Below are positions 20,740 to 30,363 of a stretch of DNA of 64,000 nucleotides, one piece after another; position 1 is the first letter of the stretch; the number at the start of each line of letters is the position of its first letter. The position numbers were made by a program, and so were the translations under genes. The notes beneath the pieces were generated by a model. The model ran no database searches. It saw nothing but the letters and a program-made list of their open reading frames with translations, and was not told the origin of the DNA. Origin of the DNA: Syntrophales bacterium (lineage in GTDB: Bacteria; Desulfobacterota; Syntrophia; Syntrophales; UBA2210); assembly GCA_963662405.2 (NCBI GenBank), contig CAXXKT010000003.1:192001-256000 (forward strand), in the 5' to 3' direction.

Positions 20740-21840
20740 ATGAAGAAAGGGATGCTTACCTTGAAAAAGTTCTTTGTTTCTAGTTTGTTGTGTGCTTTTT
20801 GCGTGTTCTTTATGTCGATTCCCTCTTTGGCCAACAGCGGAAAGACGTTAACAGTTGTATATACTGGTGATCTGTCAGGAGACATTGCCACCATCCGTTG
20901 TTGCGGGGGGAGACATTCGGGAGGACTTGCGCGAACTGCGACTGTTGTCAAGGCGATACGGAGCAATGAGGATCGAGTGGTCTTCTTGGATTACGGTAAC
21001 TTGCTTCCCCCCATCGGTCGATTCGGTCTTTCCGGCCCTCGGATTGTCGCTGACCTCGGTCTGAAGGCGATGAACAAGATGGGGTATACCGCCATGAATC
21101 TGGGAGAAGACGATTTCTCTCTCGGCGCCGCGTTCCTCAAGAAGGCGGTGTCCACAGCCGATTTCCCCGTGATCACCTCAAATCTTATATATCGAGACAG
21201 CCTGCTCCCCTTTGGGGAAAAGTATGTTGTCAGGGATGTTGGTGGAATCCGCGTTGGTATCATCGGCATCATGCCGACGGACTCGTTTGCGAAAATGATG
21301 GACCAGCAAGCTGTATCGAATCTGGAGATCATTCCTCCGTCGGATGCCCTCAAAGATTTACTGCCTGAAGTCAGGGAAAAAGCCGATCTTGTCATTCTCC
21401 TTTCCCAATGCGGCCTTGAGGTTACTTCTCTCTTGGTAAGTAATACGATCAGTAAACTGGATGGAATTGATCTGGTAATATCCAGCACGGGGGGGAGATC
21501 GCATCTTACTGCTGGCACTGCCGGAACACCTGTTGTAACCATTGGGCGTCGGGGCAAACAGCTTGGTGTTGTCAAATTGCGGGTCGCTGATACCGGCGCT
21601 GTTGAGGTAAAGAAACGCGAGCTGATTAACCTGAACGAATCTGTTGCCCTTGACGGCGAGATCGTTGCGATAACCGGTAACGATAACCGTGAAACAATCG
21701 GCGAGAGAAAGAAGGTGCTTGCTGAAACAGAACGTAAAAGAATGGAGCGTGAAATAGAGGAACTTCAGAAATTAAGTCCCCAGGAATATGTGGAAATGCT
21801 GAAACGGAAAAACTCTTCCACATCGGAAAATACACCGTGA
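20740..21840 (+). CDS. Exported UshA/5'-nucleotidase-like (metallophosphoesterase-fold) protein with a Cys-Cys motif
   Basis: Signal peptide; YTGDLSG..RCCGGRHSGGLAR, LDYGNL, MGYTAMNLGEDD, FPVITSNL, GIRVGIIG. Confidence 0.7.
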   Translation: MKKGMLTLKKFFVSSLLCAFCVFFMSIPSLANSGKTLTVVYTGDLSGDIATIRCCGGRHSGGLARTATVVKAIRSNEDRVVFLDYGNLLPPIGRFGLSGPRIVADLGLKAMNKMGYTAMNLGEDDFSLGAAFLKKAVSTADFPVITSNLIYRDSLLPFGEKYVVRDVGGIRVGIIGIMPTDSFAKMMDQQAVSNLEIIPPSDALKDLLPEVREKADLVILLSQCGLEVTSLLVSNTISKLDGIDLVISSTGGRSHLTAGTAGTPVVTIGRRGKQLGVVKLRVADTGAVEVKKRELINLNESVALDGEIVAITGNDNRETIGERKKVLAETERKRMEREIEELQKLSPQEYVEMLKRKNSSTSENTP

Positions 21841-22295
21841 CTCGGTATCAAACGGTGGAGGATTTGATCAATAAGAAAGATATGCGTTTTGTGTATTGAT
21901 CATCATATAGGCCGGTTTCAGCGTTGAGATCTTTGCCGGGCAGGAGTTAAAGGGTCTGTCCCTTTCGGATCATCCCTTTTGCGACAACGCGAGGGGTACT
22001 CTGCGAAATTCATCCAGGACAAATCAGGGACCGATCAAAGAAATATCCCTATGATCCTATGGTCATTCGCCTCGTGAGCGTGGAATCACTTTCAGCCCCG
22101 GAGATAAAGAGAATAGGGGGTCGTTGTGAGTATGCGGCAAAGGGCATAACACCTCCAGCTATCGGGATATCCCCTTGATATATAACATCTTAAAATGAAA
22201 GCCGAATATGCGGTAGGGCACGGACCCGTTTCGAGGCGCCGTTGCGTGCTTTTTCCCTGTAAGAGAAAATTAGGAGATAGGAGGATCAAAAACTC

Positions 22296-22323
22296 TCAAG
22301 TTTATCGTCGAAAGTGCCGATGA
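22296..22323 (+). promoter_or_regulatory. Putative sigma28 (FliA) promoter
   Basis: TCAAGTTT-N12-GCCGATGA upstream of the HDOD gene. Confidence 0.55.
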
Positions 22324-22383
22324 AACCAAACAAGTGACGTTCTCACGTTTCGTATTCATGGGTTCATACAGCTTAAAAGGAGG

Positions 22384-23661
22384 ATGTTCCGGACGACTAT
22401 GGGTCTTGTTAATATCAATCAGATATGCCCCGGGATGGTACTGGCCGATGATTTGAGAGATTCAATGGGTCGTTTTCTGCTCCCCGGCGGGATCGATTTG
22501 ACCGAAAAGCACATCAGAATCCTGAAGATGTGGGGGGTTGTCGAGGCCAAGATTACAGACACTGATGCGGATGATGATATTGCTCTGGATGAGATCGATC
22601 CCGCGCTGGTGGAGATGGCCGAGCAGGAAACCCGTAAGCGATTTGTCTATTCCGGAGTCGATCATCCGGTGACCCGGGAACTGTTTCGATTTTCTACTCT
22701 TCGGAACGTGGAGGAGATGAACACCGACCAATACGAGAGGCAAATCATCCCCCAAGAATGCGATGAAGGAGAGATGGATATAGGCGTTGGGGCCATCCCG
22801 CCAGGGACGACGATCGATTTCCACACGTTAATACGACGTCATATCATGGAGCTTCCGACGCTGCCGAGAATCTTTTTGAAAATGAACGAAATCATAGCTA
22901 TGCCCAACAGCTCGGCCAATGATATCGCCGGAGTGATCAGTAAGGATACCAGCCTTTCTGCGCGGATTCTCAGGATCGTCAATAGTGCGTTCTACGGTTT
23001 TCCATCCCGGATCGACAGCGTGTCACGTGCGGTGGCCATCATCGGGACACGGCAGCTCGGTACCCTGGCCTCCGGGGTTACCATCGTCAATATGTTCAGT
23101 GGGATTCCTTCCACGATTGTCGACATGAAATCTTTCTGGAAGCACAGTATCGCCTGTGGGGTCCATGCGAGGATTATCGCGGGGTACCACGGGATACAAA
23201 ATACCGAGCGCCTCTTCCTTTCCGGTCTCCTGCACGATATCGGGCGCCTGATCTTATATAATTATACGCCGGGTCATGCCGCACATGCCCTGGCCGCGGC
23301 ACGTCGCGACCAAAGGATGCTCCGGGATATAGAAGATGAAGCATTGGATTTCGATCATGCCGAAATCGGAGGTTTGCTCTTGGAAAAATGGAGACTTCCC
23401 ACCCTGATAGAACATGCCGTCCGGTACCACCATAGTCCCCGGGAATCCCAATATCCTCTGGAACCATCTATCGTGCACCTGGCGGATATCATGGCGAACG
23501 CTGTGGGTGCCGGATCAAGTGGAGAACGCTTTGTGCCGCCGCTGGACTTGTATGCCTGGGATTCTATCGGACTTTCGGCGAACGCCCTGGATGTAATCAT
23601 GAAACAGGCGAATCGTCATATCGAGGAACTCGTTTCATTTTTCTATGCCGATGAAAGCTAA
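22384..23661 (+). CDS. HDOD-domain protein
   Basis: LPTLP, ARILRIVNSAFYG, FWKHSIACG, GLLHDIGRL, DHAEIGG..WRLP..YHH. Confidence 0.9.
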   Translation: MFRTTMGLVNINQICPGMVLADDLRDSMGRFLLPGGIDLTEKHIRILKMWGVVEAKITDTDADDDIALDEIDPALVEMAEQETRKRFVYSGVDHPVTRELFRFSTLRNVEEMNTDQYERQIIPQECDEGEMDIGVGAIPPGTTIDFHTLIRRHIMELPTLPRIFLKMNEIIAMPNSSANDIAGVISKDTSLSARILRIVNSAFYGFPSRIDSVSRAVAIIGTRQLGTLASGVTIVNMFSGIPSTIVDMKSFWKHSIACGVHARIIAGYHGIQNTERLFLSGLLHDIGRLILYNYTPGHAAHALAAARRDQRMLRDIEDEALDFDHAEIGGLLLEKWRLPTLIEHAVRYHHSPRESQYPLEPSIVHLADIMANAVGAGSSGERFVPPLDLYAWDSIGLSANALDVIMKQANRHIEELVSFFYADES

Positions 23662-25759
23662 CAATATGATGAGCAAAGACGCCTCATACCTTGAAGATCG
23701 TGTCCAGTATCTGGAAGATATCAATCGATTCACCATGGATGCGCTGGAGATTGCCGCCTCCCTGGGAAACTTCCAGCCCAGTATCAGAAAGCTCGATGAT
23801 GCCTCGGTCATCCTGGCGGAAACACGATCGCGGATACGCAGTCTGATCCCGCTTCGTGCGATGGCGTTCTACCTCGTGAATGAGGAGAATCAGGAGTTTA
23901 TCCTTTCCATGGTAGATCCTCCGGATCGTTCGTCATATATCGATAAAGAGGTCGGTTTTTTTATTGAAGACGGCATATTCGCCTGGGCCCTGCGAGAGAA
24001 ACGACCGGTGATCGTCTCATCCCGCCGGCACGAACGGCGTTTTATCCTCCATGTAATGACTACCAGCTCACGGATACGGGGCATGTTTGTCGGGGTATTG
24101 GGAGAGGACGGCGACACAATTCCGGATGTTTCCCTCTCAATGCTGTCCATCATTCTCCTGAACAGTGCGAACGCACTGGAGAGTCACGAATTATACACCA
24201 TGATCCGTGAGATCAATGAAAACATTCACAAGAAAAAGACCTATAAGATCTTATTTGAAGCGGCTCCCGACGGTGTGGAGGTCCTCGATGCGCGGGGGGT
24301 TATTGTGGATTGTAACCGGGCGCAGGAAGCGTTGCTCGGGTATGGCCACGAAGAGATAATTGGAAATCACACGACACGATTTTTCGAGAAGGCTCATACC
24401 GCTCTCTTCGAAGAGAGGCTCCGCGACCTGAGAGAACGGGGATATTCCGAAGGCGAGGTAGACCTCATAACGAAGACCGGGTCCGCTGTTCCCGTGTGGA
24501 GAAAGGGAAGCGCCATCAAAGATGAGAAGGGGAAGTTCGTTGGGTATATGGTATACAACCGCGATCTTTCTCATCGTAAACAGGCGGAAGAGGAGAAAGA
24601 GAGACTCGAATCGGAACTCAAGCAGGCTCAGAAGATGGAAGCAATCGGTACCCTTGCGGGTGGGGTTGCCCATGACCTGAACAATGTCCTGGGGGGGCTT
24701 GTCAGTTACCCTGATCTCTTGCTGATGCAACTCCCGGCTGATAGCCCCCTGAAGAAGCCGATCGAGACCATCCAGCAATCGGGGAAAAAGGCGGCGGCGA
24801 TCGTACATGATCTCCTGACCTTGGCACGAAGGGGCGTTGCCGTTTCCGAAGTAGTAAACCTGAACGATATCATTTCCGATTACTTCAAGACGCCCGAGCA
24901 GCAAAAAATTCAGGCGATTCATCCGCATATACGTTTCAATGCCGATCTTGAGGAGGATCTGCCGAATATCGTAGGATCACCGGTGCACCTCTCCAAGACG
25001 ATCATGAATTTGTTGTCGAACGCCTCGGAGGCGATGTCCGATCAGGGCACGATTACGGCATCGACGGAAAGGAGGTGTCTCGATCGTCCTATAACCGGGT
25101 ATGAAACAATCAAAGAGGGTGAGTATGTCACCCTGACCGTTTCAGACGAAGGGACCGGGATGTCCGAAGAGGACCTGAAACGGGTCTTTGAACCTTTCTA
25201 CACGAAGAAGGTGATGGGAAGGAGCGGTACTGGTCTGGGGATGGCGGTTGTGTGGGGTACCGTCAAGGATCATAAGGGATATATCGATATTCAAAGTATT
25301 GAGGGGAAAGGGACAACGATTGTAATATATTTCCCTGTGACCGAGAGGGTGCATAAGGAACGGGTCGTTATCCCCATTGAACGGTACCGCGGAAGAGGGG
25401 AGACGGTTCTCGTTGTCGATGACATGCGCGAACAAAGAGAGATCGTTTCCAGTATGCTCAGCACTCTCGGGTACGGTGTGTCGGCGGTCGACAGTGGAGA
25501 AAAGGCGGTTGCGTATCTGAAAGACAATCCGGTCGATCTCCTGCTTCTCGATATGATCATGGATCCCGGCATGGATGGTCTGGAGACATACAAACAGGTC
25601 CTCCATATCAATCCCGCGCAGAAGGCCCTTATCGCCAGTGGGTTTTCCGAAACAAAACGGGTCAAAGAGGCGCAGGGCCTCGGTGTCGGCCCATATATCA
25701 GGAAACCCTTTGTCCTGGAGCAGATCGGACAGGCGGTCAGGAACGAATTGGACCGATAA
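23645..25759 (+). CDS. Hybrid sensor histidine kinase (GAF-like, PAS, HisKA, HATPase, REC)
   Basis: QKMEAIGTLAGGVAHDLNN, FEPFYTKK, GTGLGM, C-terminal VVDD..LLDMIM. Confidence 0.92.
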   Translation: MPMKANNMMSKDASYLEDRVQYLEDINRFTMDALEIAASLGNFQPSIRKLDDASVILAETRSRIRSLIPLRAMAFYLVNEENQEFILSMVDPPDRSSYIDKEVGFFIEDGIFAWALREKRPVIVSSRRHERRFILHVMTTSSRIRGMFVGVLGEDGDTIPDVSLSMLSIILLNSANALESHELYTMIREINENIHKKKTYKILFEAAPDGVEVLDARGVIVDCNRAQEALLGYGHEEIIGNHTTRFFEKAHTALFEERLRDLRERGYSEGEVDLITKTGSAVPVWRKGSAIKDEKGKFVGYMVYNRDLSHRKQAEEEKERLESELKQAQKMEAIGTLAGGVAHDLNNVLGGLVSYPDLLLMQLPADSPLKKPIETIQQSGKKAAAIVHDLLTLARRGVAVSEVVNLNDIISDYFKTPEQQKIQAIHPHIRFNADLEEDLPNIVGSPVHLSKTIMNLLSNASEAMSDQGTITASTERRCLDRPITGYETIKEGEYVTLTVSDEGTGMSEEDLKRVFEPFYTKKVMGRSGTGLGMAVVWGTVKDHKGYIDIQSIEGKGTTIVIYFPVTERVHKERVVIPIERYRGRGETVLVVDDMREQREIVSSMLSTLGYGVSAVDSGEKAVAYLKDNPVDLLLLDMIMDPGMDGLETYKQVLHINPAQKALIASGFSETKRVKEAQGLGVGPYIRKPFVLEQIGQAVRNELDR

Positions 25760-25871
25760 ACGAACGACACGCAGCCCCCCCCTGTTTTCGTTGCGGAGCC
25801 GTTACGTCGCGGTATGCGTTTCTCTCCGGGAGAAGCCGGTCCCGCACAGGAGTCCACCTCCTTGACACCCC

Positions 25872-28151
25872 TTAGTCATCTATCAGTTCCCGGAGCTTCT
25901 GGGAGATCTTTTCTATACTGAAGGGCTTCTGGATAAAGCCGTCGCATCCTCGTTCCATGATTTCCCGTGCCTGGCCGTTGATACTGTAACCGCTCGACAG
26001 GAGGACCTTAATGGAAGGATTGATCTTTTTCAGGGCATCGTACGTCTCTGAGCCTCCCATATCGGGCATAATCATGTCCAGGATGACCAGGTCGATTTGG
26101 CTCCCTTTTTTCTCGTAGATCTCGACAGCCTCTTGCCCGCTCCGTGCAAGGTGTACCGTATAACCGAGAAAGTTCAGGATCTCGCCGCCGACATCGATGA
26201 TCAAATCCTCATCGTCGACCAGGAGGATTGTTTCATCCCCCATCAGCGGTTTTTCCTTCTTCCTTGCCGGCGGTCGATTGCCGACACTCTCATCAAGTGC
26301 GGGGAGGTATATGTTGAAGGTGGTGCCGATTTCCTCCTCGCTGTACACGGTGATGATCCCGTTGTGGTTTTTAATGATGCCATAGGCGGATGCCATCCCG
26401 AGGCCGGTCCCCCGACCCATCTCTTTGGTGGTGAAGAAGGGATCAAATACCCGCTTGACGGTTTCTTCATTCATTCCCGTTCCGGTATCCGTCACGGATA
26501 TCTTGACATAATTCCCGGGCGTGAGGTTATGGGGCATGACATAGGTATCGTCAAGGGTGATGTTTTCCGTCTGGAGGTATATCTCCCCGCCGCCGGGCAT
26601 AGCCTGCCAGGCGTTGACGTAGATGTTGAGAAGCGTCTGCTCGATCTGTCCCTGATCCGCCTCCACCATCCAGATGTCTTGCTGGAACTTTTTGTGTATC
26701 TTGATCTCCTTTTTCGTTCGGCCGAACATTCCGGAGCTCTTCTTGACCAGCATGTTCAGGTCGGTCGGTTTGACCTCGTACTTGCCGCCCCTGGCGAACC
26801 CCAAGAGTTGCCCGGTGAGTTCCGCTCCGTCGCGAACGTACTGTTCGATATTCCTGAGCTTTTCATAGTGAGGGTGCGAGGAGTCCATATCCAGGAGCAG
26901 GAGAGAGGCATTTCCCTGGATCCCCATCAGGAGATTGTTGAAGTCATGGGCGATTCCTCCCGCCAGGGTACCGATGGCCTTCATCTTCTGTGCCTGTTGA
27001 AGCTGATTCTCGAGATTTTTCTGTTGTGCCTCGGACTGTTTGCGGCCGGTGACATCCACCGTCGTGATGATGGCTCCCTCGGAGAAGGGTGCTATCTTGA
27101 TGTCAAGAAAAGTCTCTTCATACTCCGTTTCCAGGAACTCCTTGGATTGCCCCGATCTGATGCACTCTTTCAATTCATCGAGCATGTTGAGCGTGTGCTT
27201 CGATGCATAATCTTTATACATGACGTCCTGATTAACGGCAGGCAACCTGCTGCCGGACAGCTTTTTCGCGAGGTTATATCCCGTCACCCGTGCTTCGCGG
27301 TCCACGATAATCGTCTCGATCGGATTGTGGTCGAACAGGGCGCGGTACCGCTCCTCGCTTTTTCGGAGGGCGATCTCGGATTGTTTGCTCTCGGTTATAT
27401 CCACCAGTGAGCAAACTCTTTTCCTTGTTCCGGGAATCATGCCGACTGTTATCAAGATATCCTTGATATGTCCCTTCTTGTGGACAGAAAGGATTTCGTA
27501 TTCTCGGGGGATATCGTGTGCGCCGTCGCTCCTTTTCCTGTGGTACTCTTTGACCTTGTCGACATCGTGCGGGAGCAGAAAGGCCGTTGCGGGCAGCAGG
27601 CCTTCCACCTCCTCCTTTGAATATCCGGTCAGCTTTTCGAAGGTGGTATTGACCATGGAGATGGTCATGTCCTCTTCAACGATCATGGTGGCCGTTGAAC
27701 CTTCAAAAACGCTCCGGTACCGAGCCTCACTTTCCCGAAGCGCCCGTTCCGATTCGCGGAGCGCCCGTTCTGCGTTTCGCTTGTCGCAGGCCCTGCGGAT
27801 AACCATGAGAAGCGATTCCATCTCATAGGATTTCAATACGTAACTGTACGCCCCCAGATTAACCGCTTCGATGGCGGTCTCCTGGGTCGCGTGAGCGGTG
27901 AGGATGATACACTCGGTATCGGGTGAGATCTCTCTGATTTCCTTCATCACTTCGAGGCCTGAAGCAGCGCCGAGCCTGAGATCGATCAGCGCCACGGCGA
28001 TATCGGATCCCTCCTTCTGAACGATGATATCTGTCGCCTCCGGTCCGGTTGCGGCCGTAACGGCTTCATATCCGCTCATGCGCAAGATATTGGAAAGGAG
28101 CTTTCTGATCTTGGAGTCATCGTCCACGACAAGAATCTGATTCGCTTGCAT
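25872..28151 (-). CDS. Hybrid histidine kinase (REC-PAS-PAS-HisKA-HATPase-REC)
   Basis: ILVVDDD N-terminal REC, AGGIAHDFNN, FDPFFTTK, C-terminal LVDDE..LDMIMP; start set at ATG 28151 after GAGGTG. Confidence 0.9.
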   Translation of the reverse strand: MQANQILVVDDDSKIRKLLSNILRMSGYEAVTAATGPEATDIIVQKEGSDIAVALIDLRLGAASGLEVMKEIREISPDTECIILTAHATQETAIEAVNLGAYSYVLKSYEMESLLMVIRRACDKRNAERALRESERALRESEARYRSVFEGSTATMIVEEDMTISMVNTTFEKLTGYSKEEVEGLLPATAFLLPHDVDKVKEYHRKRSDGAHDIPREYEILSVHKKGHIKDILITVGMIPGTRKRVCSLVDITESKQSEIALRKSEERYRALFDHNPIETIIVDREARVTGYNLAKKLSGSRLPAVNQDVMYKDYASKHTLNMLDELKECIRSGQSKEFLETEYEETFLDIKIAPFSEGAIITTVDVTGRKQSEAQQKNLENQLQQAQKMKAIGTLAGGIAHDFNNLLMGIQGNASLLLLDMDSSHPHYEKLRNIEQYVRDGAELTGQLLGFARGGKYEVKPTDLNMLVKKSSGMFGRTKKEIKIHKKFQQDIWMVEADQGQIEQTLLNIYVNAWQAMPGGGEIYLQTENITLDDTYVMPHNLTPGNYVKISVTDTGTGMNEETVKRVFDPFFTTKEMGRGTGLGMASAYGIIKNHNGIITVYSEEEIGTTFNIYLPALDESVGNRPPARKKEKPLMGDETILLVDDEDLIIDVGGEILNFLGYTVHLARSGQEAVEIYEKKGSQIDLVILDMIMPDMGGSETYDALKKINPSIKVLLSSGYSINGQAREIMERGCDGFIQKPFSIEKISQKLRELIDD

Positions 28152-28556
28152 CTCACCTCTCCCTTCCCTGTGCGTTGTCGAAGGCACTACGGTCCCGAAC
28201 GAAACAAACCGTCGCTTACGGTTCATGCCTCTTTCCCCCGGAGGTGATACCCACCGGCTTGACACCCACCGCAGGGATGATGTCAAAGCGATGAACGGTT
28301 CCATGCCCCATCGCCTCTAAGCTTCGATCATATATATCAGTAATGCGGAGCAGTCAACCGCACCGAGAGAATTTTCACGGCGGACCGGGCTCTGTCATCG
28401 CCTGATTATGATATGGGGTGACCCGGGCACTCGGGGTTTTTGTTTCCGCCCGGATTCCTTCCGATAGCATCCCATCCCGCTCGGTGTGTGAATCCATTAA
28501 ATAAGTGTGCCGACGGGAACTGTTTTTCCCGCGTGCTGAAGACACGTCACGGATCA

Positions 28557-28572
28557 TGGCACATTCTATGCT
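28557..28572 (+). promoter_or_regulatory. Putative sigma54 -24/-12 promoter
   Basis: TGGCAC-ATTCT-ATGCT. Confidence 0.5.
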
Positions 28573-28885
28573 TTTCCTATCACCGAACGCCGCCGGGATC
28601 CGGACGGATAAGGCTGTATGACCCCGGGGTCGATTGAACACGGGGAGACAAACCGGAGTGAAATAACTTCTTAACTCCGTATTATCGAGATGATAGGTCA
28701 GCTCCCCGGCGTGGGTGACCTTCGATTGGTCGCGGTGATGCGGTGGAAACCGCACACGATGGTATGGAAAAGAATCCTCAATAAAGACGCAATCCCTGCC
28801 GATAGGGGGGAAAAGTTTTCCCCGCTTCAACGGGTAAAAGAAGGGATGCCGGGAGTGCCGAGGATATCGGAAAGGATGGGATGAT

Positions 28886-29338
28886 ATGAAGATAGCGCCG
28901 CAGATGATTTCAACGGGGACCGAGCAGGAAAAGACAACGACGGGGCAAAAGGCAACGGGAACGGAGTTTAACGACATTCTTCAGGAGACGATGACAACAT
29001 CATCGGGGACGGAGGGGAGCGCCATGACTCTGCCGCCGGTACAGAACATACCGACCATATTGTTTGATCAGATTCAGAGTAGCGATACGATACAGACTAT
29101 AGAACGGGTGGATACGTTTGTCGGCCTTCTCGAAGCGTATCAGGACAAGCTGGGAGATGCCGATTCTAGCCTGAAGGATGTTTCTTCTCTCCTGTCGAGC
29201 ATGGGGGAAGAGACGGAAAAGATCCTGCCCCTTCTGGATTCATTGTCCGACGGTGACGCACTGAAGGATATCCTCAACCGGGCGGTCGTCACTGCGACGG
29301 TTGAAACGATCAAGTACAACCGGGGCGACTATCTCTAA
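28886..29338 (+). CDS. Hypothetical protein, probably in the flagellar regulon
   Basis: 150-aa ORF with host-like codon usage; sigma28-like TCAA-N16-GCCGATAG at 28778-28805 upstream. Confidence 0.7.
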   Translation: MKIAPQMISTGTEQEKTTTGQKATGTEFNDILQETMTTSSGTEGSAMTLPPVQNIPTILFDQIQSSDTIQTIERVDTFVGLLEAYQDKLGDADSSLKDVSSLLSSMGEETEKILPLLDSLSDGDALKDILNRAVVTATVETIKYNRGDYL

Positions 29339-29489
29339 GAGGACATTCGAACGGCTGCGGTTTCTTGAGCGTGGCGCATCGGCCGACATTCACCGTCAAT
29401 GATATGACGGATCATTGCTTTCATAGCTTCTCCCTCGCAGGCTCGTGCCGGGGTCCGCATCTCTCTTCTTTTCGTGCATAAATTTATTA

Positions 29490-30225
29490 GGGTCTTGACT
29501 AGAACAGCACACGGAAATATGTTAAGAGTCTAGTCATGTCAATAAGTAACAAGTATGTAAAAAATTCCAAAATTTCAGAGGCAAAATTTAGAGAGATCGT
29601 GAAGTATTTTGCCTTCGATTTGGATGCTCAAACCATCGCTCTTTTAACAAAACTCAATAGAAATACGGTGAATCGATATCTGTCTTTGATTCGTCAACGT
29701 ATAGCTGATCTGTGCGAAGAAGAATCACCATTTCAGGGTGAAATCGAGGTTGACGAATCATATTTCGGTGCAAAACGTATCAAAGGGAAACGAGGCCGTG
29801 GGGCCGGGAGAAAAACCCCTGTATTCGGTATCCTGCAACGAAAAGGCAGTGTCTATACCGAAATCGTTCCCGATTGCGCCAGGAAGACTCTCCAGGCCAT
29901 TATCAGGGGCAAAGTTGAACCGAATAGTGTCATACATTCAGATAGTTGGAGAGGCTATGATGGTTTGGTTGACTTGGGATACAAAAAGCATTACCGTGTT
30001 CATCACGGAGCCAATGAATTTGCCAGGGGGAAAAGCCACATCAATGGCATTGAATCCTTCTGGTCATTCGCAAAACGGAGGCTGATGAAGTTCCATGGTA
30101 TTCCACAATCAACCTTTTACCTGCATCTCAAGGAATGTGAGTTCCGGTTCAACAACCGTAACACCGATATCTATAAATTGTTGTTAAAGAACTTCAAAAA
30201 TAAACCGCTGTTCTAGTCAAGACCC
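29490..30225 (+). mobile_element. IS1595-family element, copy 2 (736 bp)
   Basis: Same 19-bp IR as copy 1; 8-bp TSD ATTTATTA. Confidence 0.95.
29536..30216 (+). CDS. IS1595-family transposase (protein identical to copy 1)
   Basis: 226-aa translation identical to 19353..20033. Confidence 0.95.
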   Translation: MSISNKYVKNSKISEAKFREIVKYFAFDLDAQTIALLTKLNRNTVNRYLSLIRQRIADLCEEESPFQGEIEVDESYFGAKRIKGKRGRGAGRKTPVFGILQRKGSVYTEIVPDCARKTLQAIIRGKVEPNSVIHSDSWRGYDGLVDLGYKKHYRVHHGANEFARGKSHINGIESFWSFAKRRLMKFHGIPQSTFYLHLKECEFRFNNRNTDIYKLLLKNFKNKPLF

Positions 30226-30283
30226 ATTTATTATTACGGATAGTTCCCGTTTCCCTGCGGTGGGAGAGGGGGGGCTATCTGCC

Positions 30284-30299
30284 GGGCATGCCTCTTGCT
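30284..30299 (+). promoter_or_regulatory. Putative sigma54 promoter
   Basis: GGGCAT-GCCTC-TTGCT, 65 bp before the ATG at 30364. Confidence 0.55.
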
Positions 30300-30363
30300 T
30301 TTTGATGGTTGTATCGGAACGCAACTCACCGGCAAGGGACGGATTGAAGGTGGTTACCTGGCT

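Noticed and set aside
20890..20910. Selenocysteine recoding in the UshA-like gene
   Set aside because: Codons are TGT TGC; there is no in-frame TGA
26097..27410. Long antisense ORFs (e.g. 26097..27410, 48783..50030, 50674..52239, 54542..56044)
   Set aside because: Shadows of well-supported opposite-strand genes in GC-rich DNA; no recognisable motifs
28375..28977. 200-aa minus-strand ORF and 28690..28884
   Set aside because: No motifs; they overlap promoter-like sites and the 28886 gene
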